NCBI GenBank assembly: GCA_013239625.1
Contig: MU054122.1
Span: forward strand, 584,773 to 648,772
Direction of reading: 5' to 3'
DNA: 64,000 bases
Source of the DNA: Lama guanicoe
Lineage: Eukaryota
Shown in pieces: positions 26,012-39,629 of the stretch. Numbering within the stretch: position 1 is the first letter of the stretch; each line of letters starts with the position of its first letter. The position numbers were made by a program, and so were the translations under genes. The notes under the pieces were generated by a model. That model worked only from the letters and a program-made list of their open reading frames with translations. It was not told where the DNA came from and ran no database searches.

Positions 26012-29000
26012 GAGCACCGTTATTTTTAAACAGTGAGGACATTCCATACATTTTGTTAATTTCAAGAATAGAGTCACTAGATAAATACTGGATAATAAAA
26101 GGGTACAACAGTGGATATGCTATCGTCTTTGCTCGTACAAAGTTGCTTATTTATAAATAGCCAGAGAGATGAAATTAATCCTTTTACTATAATATAAATT
26201 TAGTGCAGTTTGGACTCTGACAGGATAACATTGGTAAGAAGGGGCATATATCAGATGGTGACATAATCTGAGTTCACTTCAAGTGGTTTATTTGATGACA
26301 TCTTCTCATGAGCATCAGGAATGTATTTTGGAAACACTCTTTGGAAATTATAAATAATCAGCAAATTAGATGCAGGGACAAGCTTTTTGCCTCTTCCGTG
26401 TGCTCTCCTTAGATCCAGCTTGATCCCAAGAGCAGTTTCATTGCCACCAGCTTCTGCCTTTTGCACATCAACAGCACACGATCACAGGAAACAAACCGCG
26501 GATATGCCAGAACATTCCTGGAAGTTTGTACATTTTGTTTCACAGAATGAAACACTGAAAACAATGAACAAACCTTGAGATACCAAATGATCTTACTAAC
26601 AATTTAAGAGACTTTCAATTTTTGACTTCCTGTCTGCAGGAAGGAAATGACAGTTGGAAGTGTGGAGAACAGGTGTTACCCTGGACAGCATGATATCTTC
26701 TGCTTACTAAAATAAAAAACACTGCATCAACACTCCTACGTGGAAGTGAATTCTAACCGCAAGACTCAGTCTTTCCACCACAGACCCAGCTTCAGAAAAC
26801 CAAATCTGTTTCCTACCAGGAAGTTGTTAAACCCAGCATTAAAAAGCAGACTCAGGGGCAGAGTTCTTCGAATCAGTCTTGGACAGATCCAAGTAAAGAA
26901 TGTGGATGGTTTGAAAATGTCTCCCTCCCTGTCCTTCTAATTACTGGCAGTGCAGTTGCATGGCAGACTCATCCGGGGACTTAGAAGGGAAAGCCTCAGG
27001 ATTGGCATAAATTGCTCCCAGCGGAAGGGTAGGTGATTCTAAACCATCTCTCAATCCCTTTGTCTTCATCTTTGAGGCAGAGATCTGGCATTATTTCCTC
27101 CCAGGAGATGAATGTGGGCATAATGTCATTCTTCATCTTTGGCAAGCTAACTAGTTGCTCTATCTCTCATGAGGGAACCTTCCCTGTGTCCCAATCTGTT
27201 ATGGAAAGTTTAGACAAATGAAACTTTGGAAGGGCTGAGGACCCTGAAATAATTGAAGGCTATGCCTTGGACTAGACAAATACCAGACCGTCCTCTCCAG
27301 CCTCCTTCATTAGTGATTCAAATCCATTATGGAATACGCATTCTTGAGGGCACATGGGTCGGAAAGTTCGGGGAAGATACTGTAGCACTGAGATCTGTAA
27401 AGTCATTGTGAATGCTTGCAGGAGGCATAACGTGCATCGTGAGATTAAGAAACTCTGCAATACCCAAGGGGCTTTGTCCTTGGAACCATGGCTCTGGAGG
27501 AAGGAGACACTGTGGCTGCAATTGGGACCATGCAAGGAAATTGAAACCCACGGGCTGAGTGAACAGATTGTATTGGGACAGGTGGTACACGATTTCTCCT
27601 TCTGAGAGGTCAGTGTAAGAGACCGCATTCCCTTGGAATGAAAGACAAGTTAACCACAGCCTGGCGCATTCCCCCTGCCACCTGCCACTTCTCTTACCCT
27701 TCACCTGTTTATTCATTCCTGCCCCACGTGTGTATTAAGGGCCTATTGTGTGCCCGGCACTGTGCTGAGACGTGATGGTACAAAGACGGTCTCTGCTTTC
27801 AAGGAGCTTGTGGTTTTACAGGAGAACCCAGTCTGCAGTCACCACAGGGAGGGGTCAAAAGGTGTTTCACACGAAGGAGGAGATTCCTGCTCCTCCCTCG
27901 GAGAAGGAGAGCGAGGAAAATCCTTAATCTGGGGCTGAAGGGGGAAGGCCATGCCTCTTCGCAGTCTCCCGTGAGATCAGGAGAAGACATTCACCCTCAA
28001 CCCCAACCGCCCAGCCAGAAGACGGTCCCTCAGGGCATCCCCGTCTCCTGCTTGCCTCTGGCCATCTCCCTGCTCTTCAGTACAGCCACCGAGGCGCTAG
28101 GTGGCTTTGGTTTCTGTTTGGAAGTGAGGGAACAGAAATTCATGGAGGAAAGATTTTTTTTTTAAACAGAGCAACAAAGTTTTTATTAAGCTGAAACCTC
28201 TTTGTTTCATTGACTTCTATTAGTCTAAAATTATCTTCTAATTTTTATGCTTGTGAAATATTCCAACTATGCCGATATTAATTTTTTAAAACCCATGAAA
28301 ACCCCTGCACCTCACCTCACCCATTCCCCGGGGATAACGCTGTTAACAGTTTGATGAGTACCTTTCTGAATTTTTAACTTAAATTTAAATCTACAACTAC
28401 GATATTTTACAACAAAAATCCAGTGCTTCTCTCTCCCACCGCTCTCCCCAACTCACTGCATCATGAAAATTCTTAGAACTATTTTTCAAGTGTAATTACA
28501 CAGAGAAGGCTGCTGCAACCATATATAGATACTGTTTTGCGTCAATAAAAAGCACAGGCCCAAATTCACCTTTTCTGAGAAGATCACCTCTCTGATCAAC
28601 TGTACTTTGATTTTTTTTTAATCCTCTTCTCCGAATCATCCAGTACATAAATGTTTTTGTATGATATTTGGCCTCTGCTCTAAAACGCATTCCTTTGTCT
28701 TATACTCAAGCCCTCTTGGTTGCCAGGGACAAAGACCTCATTTTGTAACAATACAGGTGAACTGGGGACTGGTCTTTCTTGGCGGGCTTCCATCTGTTGA
28801 TCTGTTCCATTGCCTCACTCTCTGGCCCCCTTGCTCTGCTCATTCTTCTGTCCCCTCACTGTTTGGCTTCCATTTGTTCGTTCATTCATTCATTCTTCCC
28901 TCATTCAGGTGTTCACTCAATCATTACGGAGTTCAACAACATGCCAGGGGTAGTTCTAGCACAGTTTGAGTCACTCTGATCCTGACTCAAAATCATGGCC

Positions 29001-30432
29001 TCTTTTAATTCCACTTATCAAAGTCTCCCCCATATTTCTTACTTCAAATTCCTGAGGGTGAGGAAGTAGTTGGCCCAGGTTATGCCAGACCATACTAGAT
29101 GGCTGGACGTCCTGTGGCCCAGTGCCTGTTTGTCCAGATGTGGCTGGAGGAGGGGGATGGAGGACTGTGGACAGGGTAGCCCTTCCCAGCCCTGACCTGT
29201 CCCGCTCACTCCGGACACGTTCTCAGGTCTGACCTGTATGTCTGTGTTGTGTCCCTAGAAGGCAGCCAATAGGACTATGTCTCTACCGTGATCTGCACAG
29301 TAAGCATTCAATGAACAAGGTTAACACGGTGACTCTTTCCTTTACATGGAGTTGCGCTCATTATGGGCAGAGGATGACAGGCATCACCTCCCTCCTGCTC
29401 AGAGAAAGCACAGCCAGTTACCCCAGCGTTCCAGGTGGTGGAGAACAGCAGGGCACATCACATGAATGATTACATGCTTCGTGTTATCTTTGAAGGTAAA
29501 AGTGAAAAGAGATTGGGAACCAGAGGAAGATTATAGGTGAGAAATATAAAGTGAGTGTCAGTTTTAAATTTCCATACATGGAAATAAAAATTGAGCATTT
29601 AAAATGGAATTATAGACTCAGCAAGAGTCCTTTTCCCTGAGAGCCAGGCTGTTTTTATTCAACCACTGTCTTCAAAGGCTCAGGTCACAATCCCTATTAA
29701 TACACAAAATTTGTGAAAGAAATTATAATGCACTGTAGCGCCAGATGACTCAGGTCTGAGCGTTGGAGGCTGAAATCTGATACGTCTCTAGTATCATTTA
29801 AATAGAAATTTTGCTCAGGGATGATAAGGAGAATTGATGTCAATTAGATGATATTAGAAGTAGTTGGCAACAGAACCACTGCTCAGATGGTTTTCTGCCA
29901 AGCCTTTCGTATTCTTGCCGCCCTTCTTCCAAGTCTCTTCTTTCATTTGAGAGGACTTCTGCTCCACCGCAGTGGATTTGAAATTCAAGTTCAAAAAGAG
30001 TAACTAGACAGCTCAAGGAAGTGGCTAATTATCCTGCCACGGGAGGGTGGGAGGTGATAATCCTCAGAGCCATCCCTAGGATTCTAGGTGCATCCGGAGA
30101 GCCAGATGGCCACGGGGCCCCTTCTTTCTGCAAAGGGCCTTGGGAGAGAGGAGCTGAGAGAAGTACTGGCTTGTGTCAGTCAGACATCCGGCACAGGAGA
30201 GCCATCTGAAAACGCAGGTAGGTAGGAAGGGGAGGAGTCAGGGTGGATGCAGGGCTCTCCCATCACTCCTGCACCATCTGATCCAGTGAGGCTCTCACCT
30301 CCAGCTCAGCCTCCTCTGTGGCTCCCAGGTGGCTTCCCTGCCTCTCAGTTAACACCACTGCCCGGCCTTCACACCAGCACTTTGTCTTTTTGCAAATGGT
30401 CAAGTGACTCCTCTGTTCAGAAAACACGTTTT

Positions 30433-31194
30433 CAGGAACCTCCTACACTGTTGGTGGGAATGTAATTTGGTGCAGCCACTGTGGAAAACAATATGTAGAT
30501 TCCTTAAAAAACTGAAAATAGAGTTATCATATGATCCAGCAATCCCACTCCTGGGTGTATATCTGGAGGAAACTCTAATTCAAAAAGATACTGCATCCCA
30601 GTGTTCATAGCAGCACTATTTACAATAGCCAAGGTGTGGAAGCAACCTCTATGTCCATTGACAGATGACTGGATGGAAGTTGTGGTTTGTATATGCATAA
30701 AACAAAATACGACTCAGCCATAAAAAAAGAATGAAATAATGCCATTTGTAGCCACATGGATGGACCTAAGATTGTCATTCTAAGTGAAGTAAGCCAGAAA
30801 GAGAAAGACAGATATCATAAGATATCAGTCATATGTGAAGTCTAAAAAAATGACACAAGTGAACTTATTTACAAAATAGGAACAGACTCACAGACATAGA
30901 AAACAAACTTATGGTTACCAGGGGCGACAGGTGGTGATGGCAGGGATAAATTGGGAGTTCGGGATTTGCAGATACAAGCTACTATATATAGAATAGATAA
31001 ACAGTAGGTTTATACTGTATAGCACAGGGAACTGTATTCAATATCTTGTAATAATCTATCATGAAAAAGAATATGAAAAGGAATATCTATGTATACACAT
31101 ATATATATGTATAAAACGGAATCACCATGCTGCAAACCAGAAACTAACACAACATTGTACATCAACTATACTTCAATTAAAAAAAAAGAAAAAA
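30433..31194 (+). mobile_element. 5'-truncated L1 (ORF2 C-terminus + 3' UTR)
   Basis: [24 protein letters not shown] translation; A-tail; TSD agaaaacac(g/c)tttt (30419-30432 / 31195-31208). Confidence 0.92.
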
Positions 31195-31879
31195 AGAAAA
31201 CACCTTTTTAAATACACACACACACACCCGCCAAATCCTTCATGGGACGTGGTCGTTCTGACCCAGCCAATTTTTCCAGCATCACTTTCCTCTATGTGCT
31301 GCCACACCAGACTCTCACCACTACTCCACCCTCCTTGCTTCTTTTTTTCCGCCTGAAATGTCACGGACGCCCCAGCATCTCTCCTCATTACCCCTATCCT
31401 TCCCACAGCCCAAAGAAGAAGTTCTGGGTGTTACCATCTCATTTAGGCTATGGTTCTCACCTCAGTTATTTTCTGTTCACAGGTTTGTTTCCTCCACGGA
31501 CAGTGAGCATTTTCAGGGCAGGAACCCCCTGTCGCCCCTTCATTGTCGCACCCCAACACCCAGCAGAATGCTCAGCGCAGGTGCCTCAAAGTGGTTTTCA
31601 AAGGAAGGATATTCATGGGGATATTGCTGTCTTTTAAATATTTGATACGCTTTTGGACTAGGTATAGATGACTCTTAATGTGTTGATCCTGATAACAGGC
31701 TGCACATCGCCATGTTAGTTTACTGACCAGCAAAATAAAAATAACGTTAATCTGCGTTGCATAGCAATTAATGTGCAAGAACAAATAAATATTTCAAGCA
31801 CCAGGAAGAAGTCTGGTTAGGAAGTTGGCAAAATGAATCCAAACTCCCTTTTCAAACACTTTAAAGAAAACTGAGGGGT

Positions 31880-32342
31880 CCTTCTCCAAGATAAGACTCT
31901 GGTTTTAGGTACTTCTCTTTGTCTGAATTAGCTTAGATATAAAAATAGGGGATTGGATCATGTCTCTTCCTCTCCTTTAACTGTAAAATTATATTATTCC
32001 AATGGTTCTATTACATTTTTTTTTGGATTAGCAATAAAAACTACATTAAAAGACTCACTTTTACCAATGCTCCCAAGCGTGTTGTGAAGTTCAGTTGACT
32101 TCGAATAATGGATGTGTAAACACATTAAGTGGTACTTCCACCGTGGCTCTGTTTCTTTAAGAGACCTTGGTTGTTAAGTTGGAAGATCATTGAACCATAT
32201 GAGGGTCAATAAAAGAATAAAAAGTCACTGGTTAGTGATTCGAGTACAAGGAACTTAATCCCAGCTCTGTATCTGTGTGTCCATATGCTGCTCACTGTCA
32301 GAGGGGAACCATTTGATCCCCAGGCACACACCCTTCCCCAGG
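31880..32342 (+). promoter_or_regulatory. Putative TMEM236 proximal promoter/5' UTR, CpG-poor, with CDX-like and GATA motifs
   Basis: GCAATAAAA 32031-32039, TCAATAAAA 32206-32214 and AGATAAG 31889-31895 upstream of the ATG. Motif matches only. Confidence 0.4.
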
Positions 32343-32599
32343 ATGGCTTCTGGAAAACTAGTCAAGTTCGTGGTTTTTGAGCTGCTTGAGTTTGCTGCCT
32401 TTTCCATCCCCACGCTCGTGATGATGGAACAGTTTGCCTCTGCTGATCAAAACACAAGGGATACACGGGACAGAACACATTATTGGCTGATTGTTTCCTG
32501 TTCGATTGCTTATGTAGCCTTAATGACTATCTTGATATGGATTCCCGTGAAAGTTCTCTTGTTCAAGAAACGTCATCTTTACCAAAAAGTCATAGGATG
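32343..32599 (+). CDS. TMEM236: TMEM236 coding exon 1
   Basis: ATG in strong Kozak context (aggATGg). Translates [50 protein letters not shown](W), matching recalled TMEM236. Donor GTAAGT at 32600; 257 bp, phase 2. Confidence 0.95.
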
Positions 32600-35209
32600 G
32601 TAAGTAGATTTCTTAGAGAACTCCACGGATGCTTTCAAAGAGATTGTCTCATGTCCTCTCTGTAAGGATGTGAGCGCAGCACAAATGTACATAATGTGAG
32701 GTGAATTCGGAGTAATACACCATTTCTATAAATGCATTCATATTATGGTATCTTCCATATTTTTAATAGGGTCACTTTTACTGACTGATAATCACAAATT
32801 ACATGTGTTCATAAGAGGTAGCATGAATCAATGATATCCTGAGTAGTAACTGCTGTAATAATTCCTCTGTATACTAAATTGCACAAAGTTATCACAGTTT
32901 ATCTGCAGAAATCACAATTGCAAGATTATAATACAGAATTTTTCTTTTATGTAAAACTGAAAGCAATGTCTATGTTAAAATGTTTACATTGCATTATTTT
33001 GTAGCTCTGTGTCCTGTGACCATTAACCAATTGAGACTTTTAAGAAAACTGGTTCCTTTCTTAGATTTAAAAAAATAACCCTTTGCTATGTTGGTAAATT
33101 CTGTTAACCTGGTTGGGGGGAGGGTAAGTACTTCAATAATAATACAGAAATATTTTACATAAATCAAGATTTAATATGGATTGAACTAACAGTTTAGCTA
33201 ATGACTGTACTGATCCATGTAAAGGTATTGAGAATAAATGACTCTTATCCTAATATATTTTTCCTTTTAAATCTTCAGATCTGGTTCTTATTGTCTGGGA
33301 TTTCTTTGGTTTTCTTTGATGAGTTAAATTTTTCTTTCATACTGATCTTTAAAGTTGAATAGCATAGAGCACCTGTGAAAAATGAGGAGCCGGGAATTTT
33401 AACCCAAGTCAGGGTAAAAATGATAGATACAGCAATATAGCAAGAAATACTGTTGGAGGGTACAGCCGGGGGAGGCTGAAGTGTGGCATTCAGGAAGTGC
33501 TCTTAGGTCCTGCTACCGGATGTGGCTCCCCAGCCTGGCCTGGGGACTTTCAGTTCCCTGAGGGCCCAGCTCCTGTGGGGTTTCTGGAAATGACCATCTG
33601 GTTGGCACTGCTTTCATTACTGGAGTTTATGGGTTTTCCAATTCTTGACCCAAAGCCTCAGGATCAGCTCAGGGTTGGGACTGGAGCTGAGTGAGCCTTT
33701 CATCCCTCACACCTACTAGGAGTTGCTTGGACTGTCCAAGACTCCTGGCCAGGCTGAAGAGTTTTGAAAAACTGGGGGAAAGGTCCACATGACTACAGGA
33801 GTAAACCAAGGGGAGGCTGGCCATACCAGCCCAGGAAGGTGCTTTTTCATCATTTTTTATATTGGCTCGTATCCCTAGGACCATAGGTCTGAATATCATT
33901 CAGGCAGTAAACCTTCCCATATCACTCATTGTTAACCGTGTATTATTATTAAGCTACAATTGTCCCTTTACTGATCCCTGATTACGTGCTATAAAATTTA
34001 TATATGAGTTTCATTTAACTCCATACCACCTGGTGAAGTATGTATTTTCTATGAGTTTATCATTATTATTACCAAGAGGAAACTGATGATTAGAGAGGTT
34101 AAGAAACTTACCTGGTCAGCTGACCAGTGAGTGAAAGGGCTGTACTTTGGACCTAGGCCTATCTGATTCCATAATTGGTACTTGTAACCCTACCCTAAAC
34201 TGCTTCTGTGAAGGACGAGCAATCTCCAGGAGCAGTTGAAAGTACGGAAGAGAGTAGTTTTTCACTTCTCCTCCCTGCTGTGTGTGTTATTTGTCTGTTT
34301 GTTCGTTTTGTTTTGGTTCATCTGGCCCAGCTGCTCTTCTTTTGCTAAGGTATCTGGGGCTGTCACAACAAATGCATCTTTCAGTGATTTCTTTTGGGAG
34401 ATAGTCTTCCAATCAATCTTTTGTTTCTGTTTGTGGGTGTGGCCAGCCATGAGCGGCTCTGAATAGTTTTAGATAGATAACAGGTTATCTGTAATTTCAG
34501 TGAGACTGTGAAACTGTTCCCTTATGGCCTCATTCATCAACTCTATCATATTGTTATCTCTCACTGGTCTAGAAAAGAAGAAGTTGTTCCTGGGTGCTAT
34601 TCTGGGAGCTTTATGCATTCTGTGCTGTTAAACTTTATGCCAACCCAGTGAGGTATGTGCTAGTGTTCTCATTTTATAGATAAAGAAATAGAACTTGAAG
34701 AATGATTAACTTTGTGAAGTGATAAAGCTTGTAAGCAGTGGAGCTGGGATTTGTGAGCCCAGGGGTGTCTGATTCTGTGCCATTTCTTCTATTTTGTTTA
34801 CCTTTTCCTTTATTCTTTCTAATTTTGAATACTATGTGTGTTTTAAGAAAAATGCAACTCCTACCGTGTCAATAGGATGCATTTTCCCCAAAGATGTCTA
34901 TTTGAATATGATACATGATCCCCAAAGTTGTGAATAGGATATTTTAATGTATGTGGTATATGTCCTATAACCTGATTGCTAGATGGAGATGATGCAAAAG
35001 TAATTGCTACTATAAAAAGTAGGGGTTGAAAGTATGAATTATTTTTGAAGAATACTTGGGTATATTTCATAGATGCTTAGCACTCACAGATGAACTGTTG
35101 ATAAGCCCATCTGAGAACCTCTCTGTACGTCCACACTGGCACCATGGGCCCTAGGGGGCTGGTATTCGAGAACCAGTGAAGTGTGTGCCCTGGCAGGACA
35201 GCCGAGAGG

Positions 35210-35420
35210 TGTAGGCCTGAGTTCAAATCCCTCCTTCGACACTGACTGTGACACCATGTATGAGTTATTTAAATTCTTTGAAGTTTAGTTTTCTCATGAG
35301 CAAAACAGGGACAACCTAGGTTCTTCATGGACTGTTTTAAGAAGCTGTATAAGATTATGCATATAAAGTTCCAAGCACAGTGCCAGGCAGAGTGAGGACT
35401 CAGTGGGTATCAGTGTTATT
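35210..35420 (+). mobile_element. MIR SINE
   Basis: gagttcaaatccc..ttttctcat..agcacagtgcc..ctcagt. Confidence 0.6.
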
Positions 35421-36269
35421 ACTTCAGGCTGAATTTAGTATTTCCATTGAAAATGTGATCTGGTTTAATCCCCAGAGTGACTCTGAGAAGTAGTAGAAAT
35501 GATGATAAAAATGATAAAACTGAAAAAATTATACGAGTGATACTCCATGCATCCAGAGAATGCTGTAGGTCTCTTTTATCCTTTGAGAATAATGAGGGTG
35601 AGTAAAGTGATCTCACGGATATCTTGCAAAGCATTTTGCAAAAATGCATAGTGGTTTTATGTTTCATTTTCTCACTTGACCTGCCCACCAGGGTTGTGAA
35701 GTTGACCGAGTGCACATAATTCCCATTTTATAAGGGAGGAAACAGTGTCAGAGAGCTTAAGACACACACACTAAATCAACATTAGAGTCTGAACTTTAAT
35801 CCAGTGCTCTTTCCTGTGCTCTTGCTGAACACTTCCTCATTCTTTCAGAATGATTGTTCCTTTATGGGGATGCCTGTCATAATTTATAATAGCCTAGGGA
35901 AATAGTTTGAGGAATGAAGGAAAGCTATTTATATCCACATTATATGGTATATCCCAGTAAATAAGAGGAATCCTTGCCTGGGATACCACTGAGCCTCAAA
36001 TCCAGCCTGAAACTGGGGCAGATTTCCACGGGGAGGGTACCTTGGGGAAGAATCATCCTGGAGGACTTGTGGGGATCCCCAGACTGCTGTGGGAGCTAGG
36101 GTTATTGTTCAGGGATTCGCTCATCTTTCAGAGAATAATTACTTTAGATCATGACATGTCGGGAATCGTGGGCAGTGCCAAGTTAGAAAGACTCCCACAT
36201 TTTGGAACATTTTTACCTTGTTTAAATGCTTAACATATTCCTCAAGGTTTGCTGTTGATTTGTTTTAGG

Positions 36270-36480
36270 GGGCAGTAGTAGCAGTAGCAGGGACAGCAGC
36301 TGCATCAGCAGCAGTAGTAGTAGTAATAGTAATAGTAATAATGGTGGTGGTGGTAGTAACAGTGGTAGCAGTAATCATGGTAGTAGTAGTAGTAGTAATA
36401 GTAGTGGTAGTAGTAATAGTAATGGTGGTAGTAGTAGTAACAGTGGCAGCAGCAGTGGCAGCAGTAATAGCAGTAATATA
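36270..36480. repeat. Compound trinucleotide repeat (TAG/TGG/CAG/TAA)
   Basis: Seen directly; produces spurious poly-T/poly-L ORFs; abuts a minus-strand MIR at ~36500-36680. Confidence 0.9.
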
Positions 36481-37920
36481 GTTGTCATAGTAAAATAAGA
36501 GCAAATATTTATTGAATGATGACTATATACCAAGAATAGTTGTAAACACACTGCCTGTATTATTTTAGTTAATTCTCTGACCTTTATGGATACGAACACT
36601 TACAATGTCCATTTTACAAATGAGGAAATTGGGGCCCAGAGGTTCAAAGACCACACACAGCGGGTGAGTAGTGGAGCAAAGACCAACCCCAGGGTGTCCA
36701 GGGTCTGAGCACCTTCCTGTTCCACAGCAGCACACACAAGTGATGGGTTAACCTGAGAAGACAGAGCTCGCTCTTCCCAGCACCTCTGAGAAGGTCGTGG
36801 CTGAGTTACCGTGAAGTCAACTTTGGTGCTTAACAGTTACTTCTTCCCAGAGCACTGCCATTTCTCTCAGCGTGTCTGTGATCTCCGGAAACACTCAGAA
36901 GATACCAGTTTCTCGTACTTGACCTCAGGCTTTCTCTTCTTGTCCCACCATCTCTAGTCAATCAGCATGAGTGTACTCACTTTTGCTTTCTTCTCCCAGC
37001 ATATGCAGTAAGTCACCAGATTCCATTAGTTCCTCCTCTTTCATCTCTATTTCATCAGCACCTTGTACTCCATGGCTGTTTTCCTCGCCAAGGTAGGCAC
37101 TCATTTCCAGGGCCACCATACGCTTGAGTGTCTCGCATGGTTCCTCAACTTCTCACCTGTTCAGATCTGATGTCAGATCACTTGTTCTGACAGCTGTTGG
37201 TCAAGGAAGCATGAAGAGTATTTGATGAACAGGCTGGGACTCAGGCAACCTTCACAAGCTTATGTCCTTGACTTTTGCTTCTTCTGTCTCCCTCATTCCC
37301 TCCCTGTCCTTGCTGACAGAGTAATAATGTTCTTGAAAGAAGTTGTCTGCATGCCAGTTCCACCTATAGAAATCTATTCTTCCCCTTGCTTGTAGAATTC
37401 AGTGTTGACATTATACCACAGAATCCTCGAGCTGGAAGGCACCTTAGAGTTCACCTATGACATTGTTTCTCACAATACAGATAGTCTACTTCTGATTTTA
37501 AAGGGAATTCATGACTTCCTGAGTCTCTAATTGTGAGAATAGGCTTCCTTATCTCCTATATTCAAGTAAAATCTGCCCCCATGTAGCTTCCTTTCTGTCT
37601 TCTTTGTAGACTTCATCTTATCTGCCCGCCTTTATATGCCAGTGAATTTGGCCATGACCAGAATCTTTACCTATCACTCCTTGATTTCCCCTTTTTATTG
37701 CTTTTCAAGCACTCTCTTCGGCTCTTGTAATATAAACTGTCACTTATATGATGATGACTCCCAAAGTTGTTTCTCCAGGGATGACTTCTTCACTGAACTC
37801 ACTGTATCTGTATTAAAGCTTTTTGAATATTTGAAGATAGCTGCACTGCTCTGCCATCTCAGCCACATGGCATCCCAGTCTGTTAAGTCTTCTCTTTTCC
37901 AGTGTCCATCAGCTATTCTT

Positions 37921-38001
37921 TATTTTTCTAATGGAGGTGTTGAACCCAGGACCTTGTGCATGCCAAGCATGAACTCTACCACTGAGCTATACCAACCCTC
38001 C
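37921..38001 (-). mobile_element. Camelid tRNA-derived SINE monomer with internal deletion
   Basis: gaacccaggacc..ctctaccactgagctatacc; TSD tccatca(gc/at)tattctt (37905-37920 / 38002-38017). Confidence 0.8.
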
Positions 38002-38770
38002 TCCATCAATTATTCTTGTCCTATGATTTCTGGACCTTTTACTCTTTTGGACAGCTCCTTGGAGGCTGGCTGGCTTATTAATATCTGAGTACAGTCTCAC
38101 TGATAGCACAAACCTTCAATTTATTGCAAAGTGCAGTGAAACAAGGTCTGCCTATATATTGGTTTTAGCCAAACTTTCTAATAAATTTCAGTCTTCCAAA
38201 TCCTGATTGTGTCATTCAAAATGCTACATGTCCCACTTGATTTTGTGTCATCTGACTTCCTCATCTCCCAAGAGTTACTAAATGTGTTAAATGGCAGTTT
38301 CACTAGAAATCCTCCAGGTTGAAGTAATCTAGTAGGTCACCGAGTTTTTTCGAACAGCAATGAATTTCCTCCCAGTTTCCATTTCTCATTCACTCAGTTC
38401 CTCTTTTAGGACACATTTATTGAGTACCACATGCAGACATCAGGTATACCAGTCACCATATCCTAGGACTTAACCTGGCATTGCGACCATCCACTGTCTG
38501 ACTTTATTTACTTTTCCAAACTACCTCCTTACACAGAGTCTTCATTCCCACCAGCATTGTTCCCAGGCTACTGTGGGGGAAGACCTGCCTATTTTGTCTT
38601 CCTTTTCAGGAAGCTTGTGGTCTACTGTGGAGACTGCACAGTTATGCGTGAAAAAACTTAGAAAGTAGTATTAAACAATATACCTTGAATCAGTAAATAT
38701 TATATGACCCATCACAAGTTCTTCATTAGCCCAGAGAAGAGAGTCATTAAAACTTAGTATTGACAATAGG

Positions 38771-38976
38771 ATCTTATGGTAGCTCACACACACAAAAATG
38801 TGACAGTGAATATATGTATGTTCATGTATAACTGAAAAATTGTGCTCTACACTGGAATTTGACACAACATTGTAAAAAGATTATAAATCAATAAAAAATG
38901 TTAAAAAATTTAATGCCTACACAGTGAAAGAAATCAGTCTAAAAATGCTAAAAAAAAAACAAAAAAACAAACAAAC
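38771..38976 (+). mobile_element. Short young L1 3' end with extra downstream segment and second A-tail
   Basis: L1 3' UTR to ~38908; 20-bp TSD with 2 mismatches at 38751-38770 / 38977-38996. Confidence 0.85.
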
Positions 38977-39629
38977 AACTTAGTACTGACAGTAGGGAAG
39001 GTACCCTTTTGGATTCATCCTCCTTCCTTCCTTATCCCACCCCATCCGCTCACATACTCAGCAGGTGTTCCATACACGGGGTGTGCGGACTCGGGTTTCC
39101 TAAGAGGGCACTGTGCTTTGGAGTAGTCAGAGAAAGTCTCACAAGGACAGCTGGATTTGAGCTGAGCTTGAAAAGATGGGAGTGGGAAGACGGTCCATAG
39201 GGGGTGAGGACTATGAGTAATGATTTGATGTTAAGAACAACTATGAATTCTTTAAGGGGCGGGAGAAGACCAACTTGCTGAGAAACGAGGGAGTAGAGAG
39301 AGCTCAGCTGGGCAGTGTTGCAGAGCAGGTCGAAGTGTGAGTTTTGGAATTAGAAAGACCTGGGCTAGAACTCATCTTTCACCTTCTGTCTGTAGGACCT
39401 GTGGGGCAAATCAATGAAAACTTCCTCATGAGTTGCTCCATCTGTAAAATAGGATGATCCCCGACTCAGCCAGCACTGTTGTGGGGTTCGTGTAATGTGT
39501 GTGAAATGGTTTCCCACAGTGCTTGGCACAGAGTATACACTCACTAGGGCTAGTGCAGGAAGTGGGAGCGTTATTATTGGAGAGTTAAGACCAGACTGTG
39601 GGGAGCCTTGAAAAGTAGGCAAGGGTTCT

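Noticed and set aside
32277..32342. N-terminal extension of TMEM236 in the ORF track
   Set aside because: Starts at GTG; the strong-context ATG at 32343 matches the known N-terminus.
36265..36599. Poly-Thr and poly-Leu ORFs
   Set aside because: Artefacts of a compound trinucleotide repeat.
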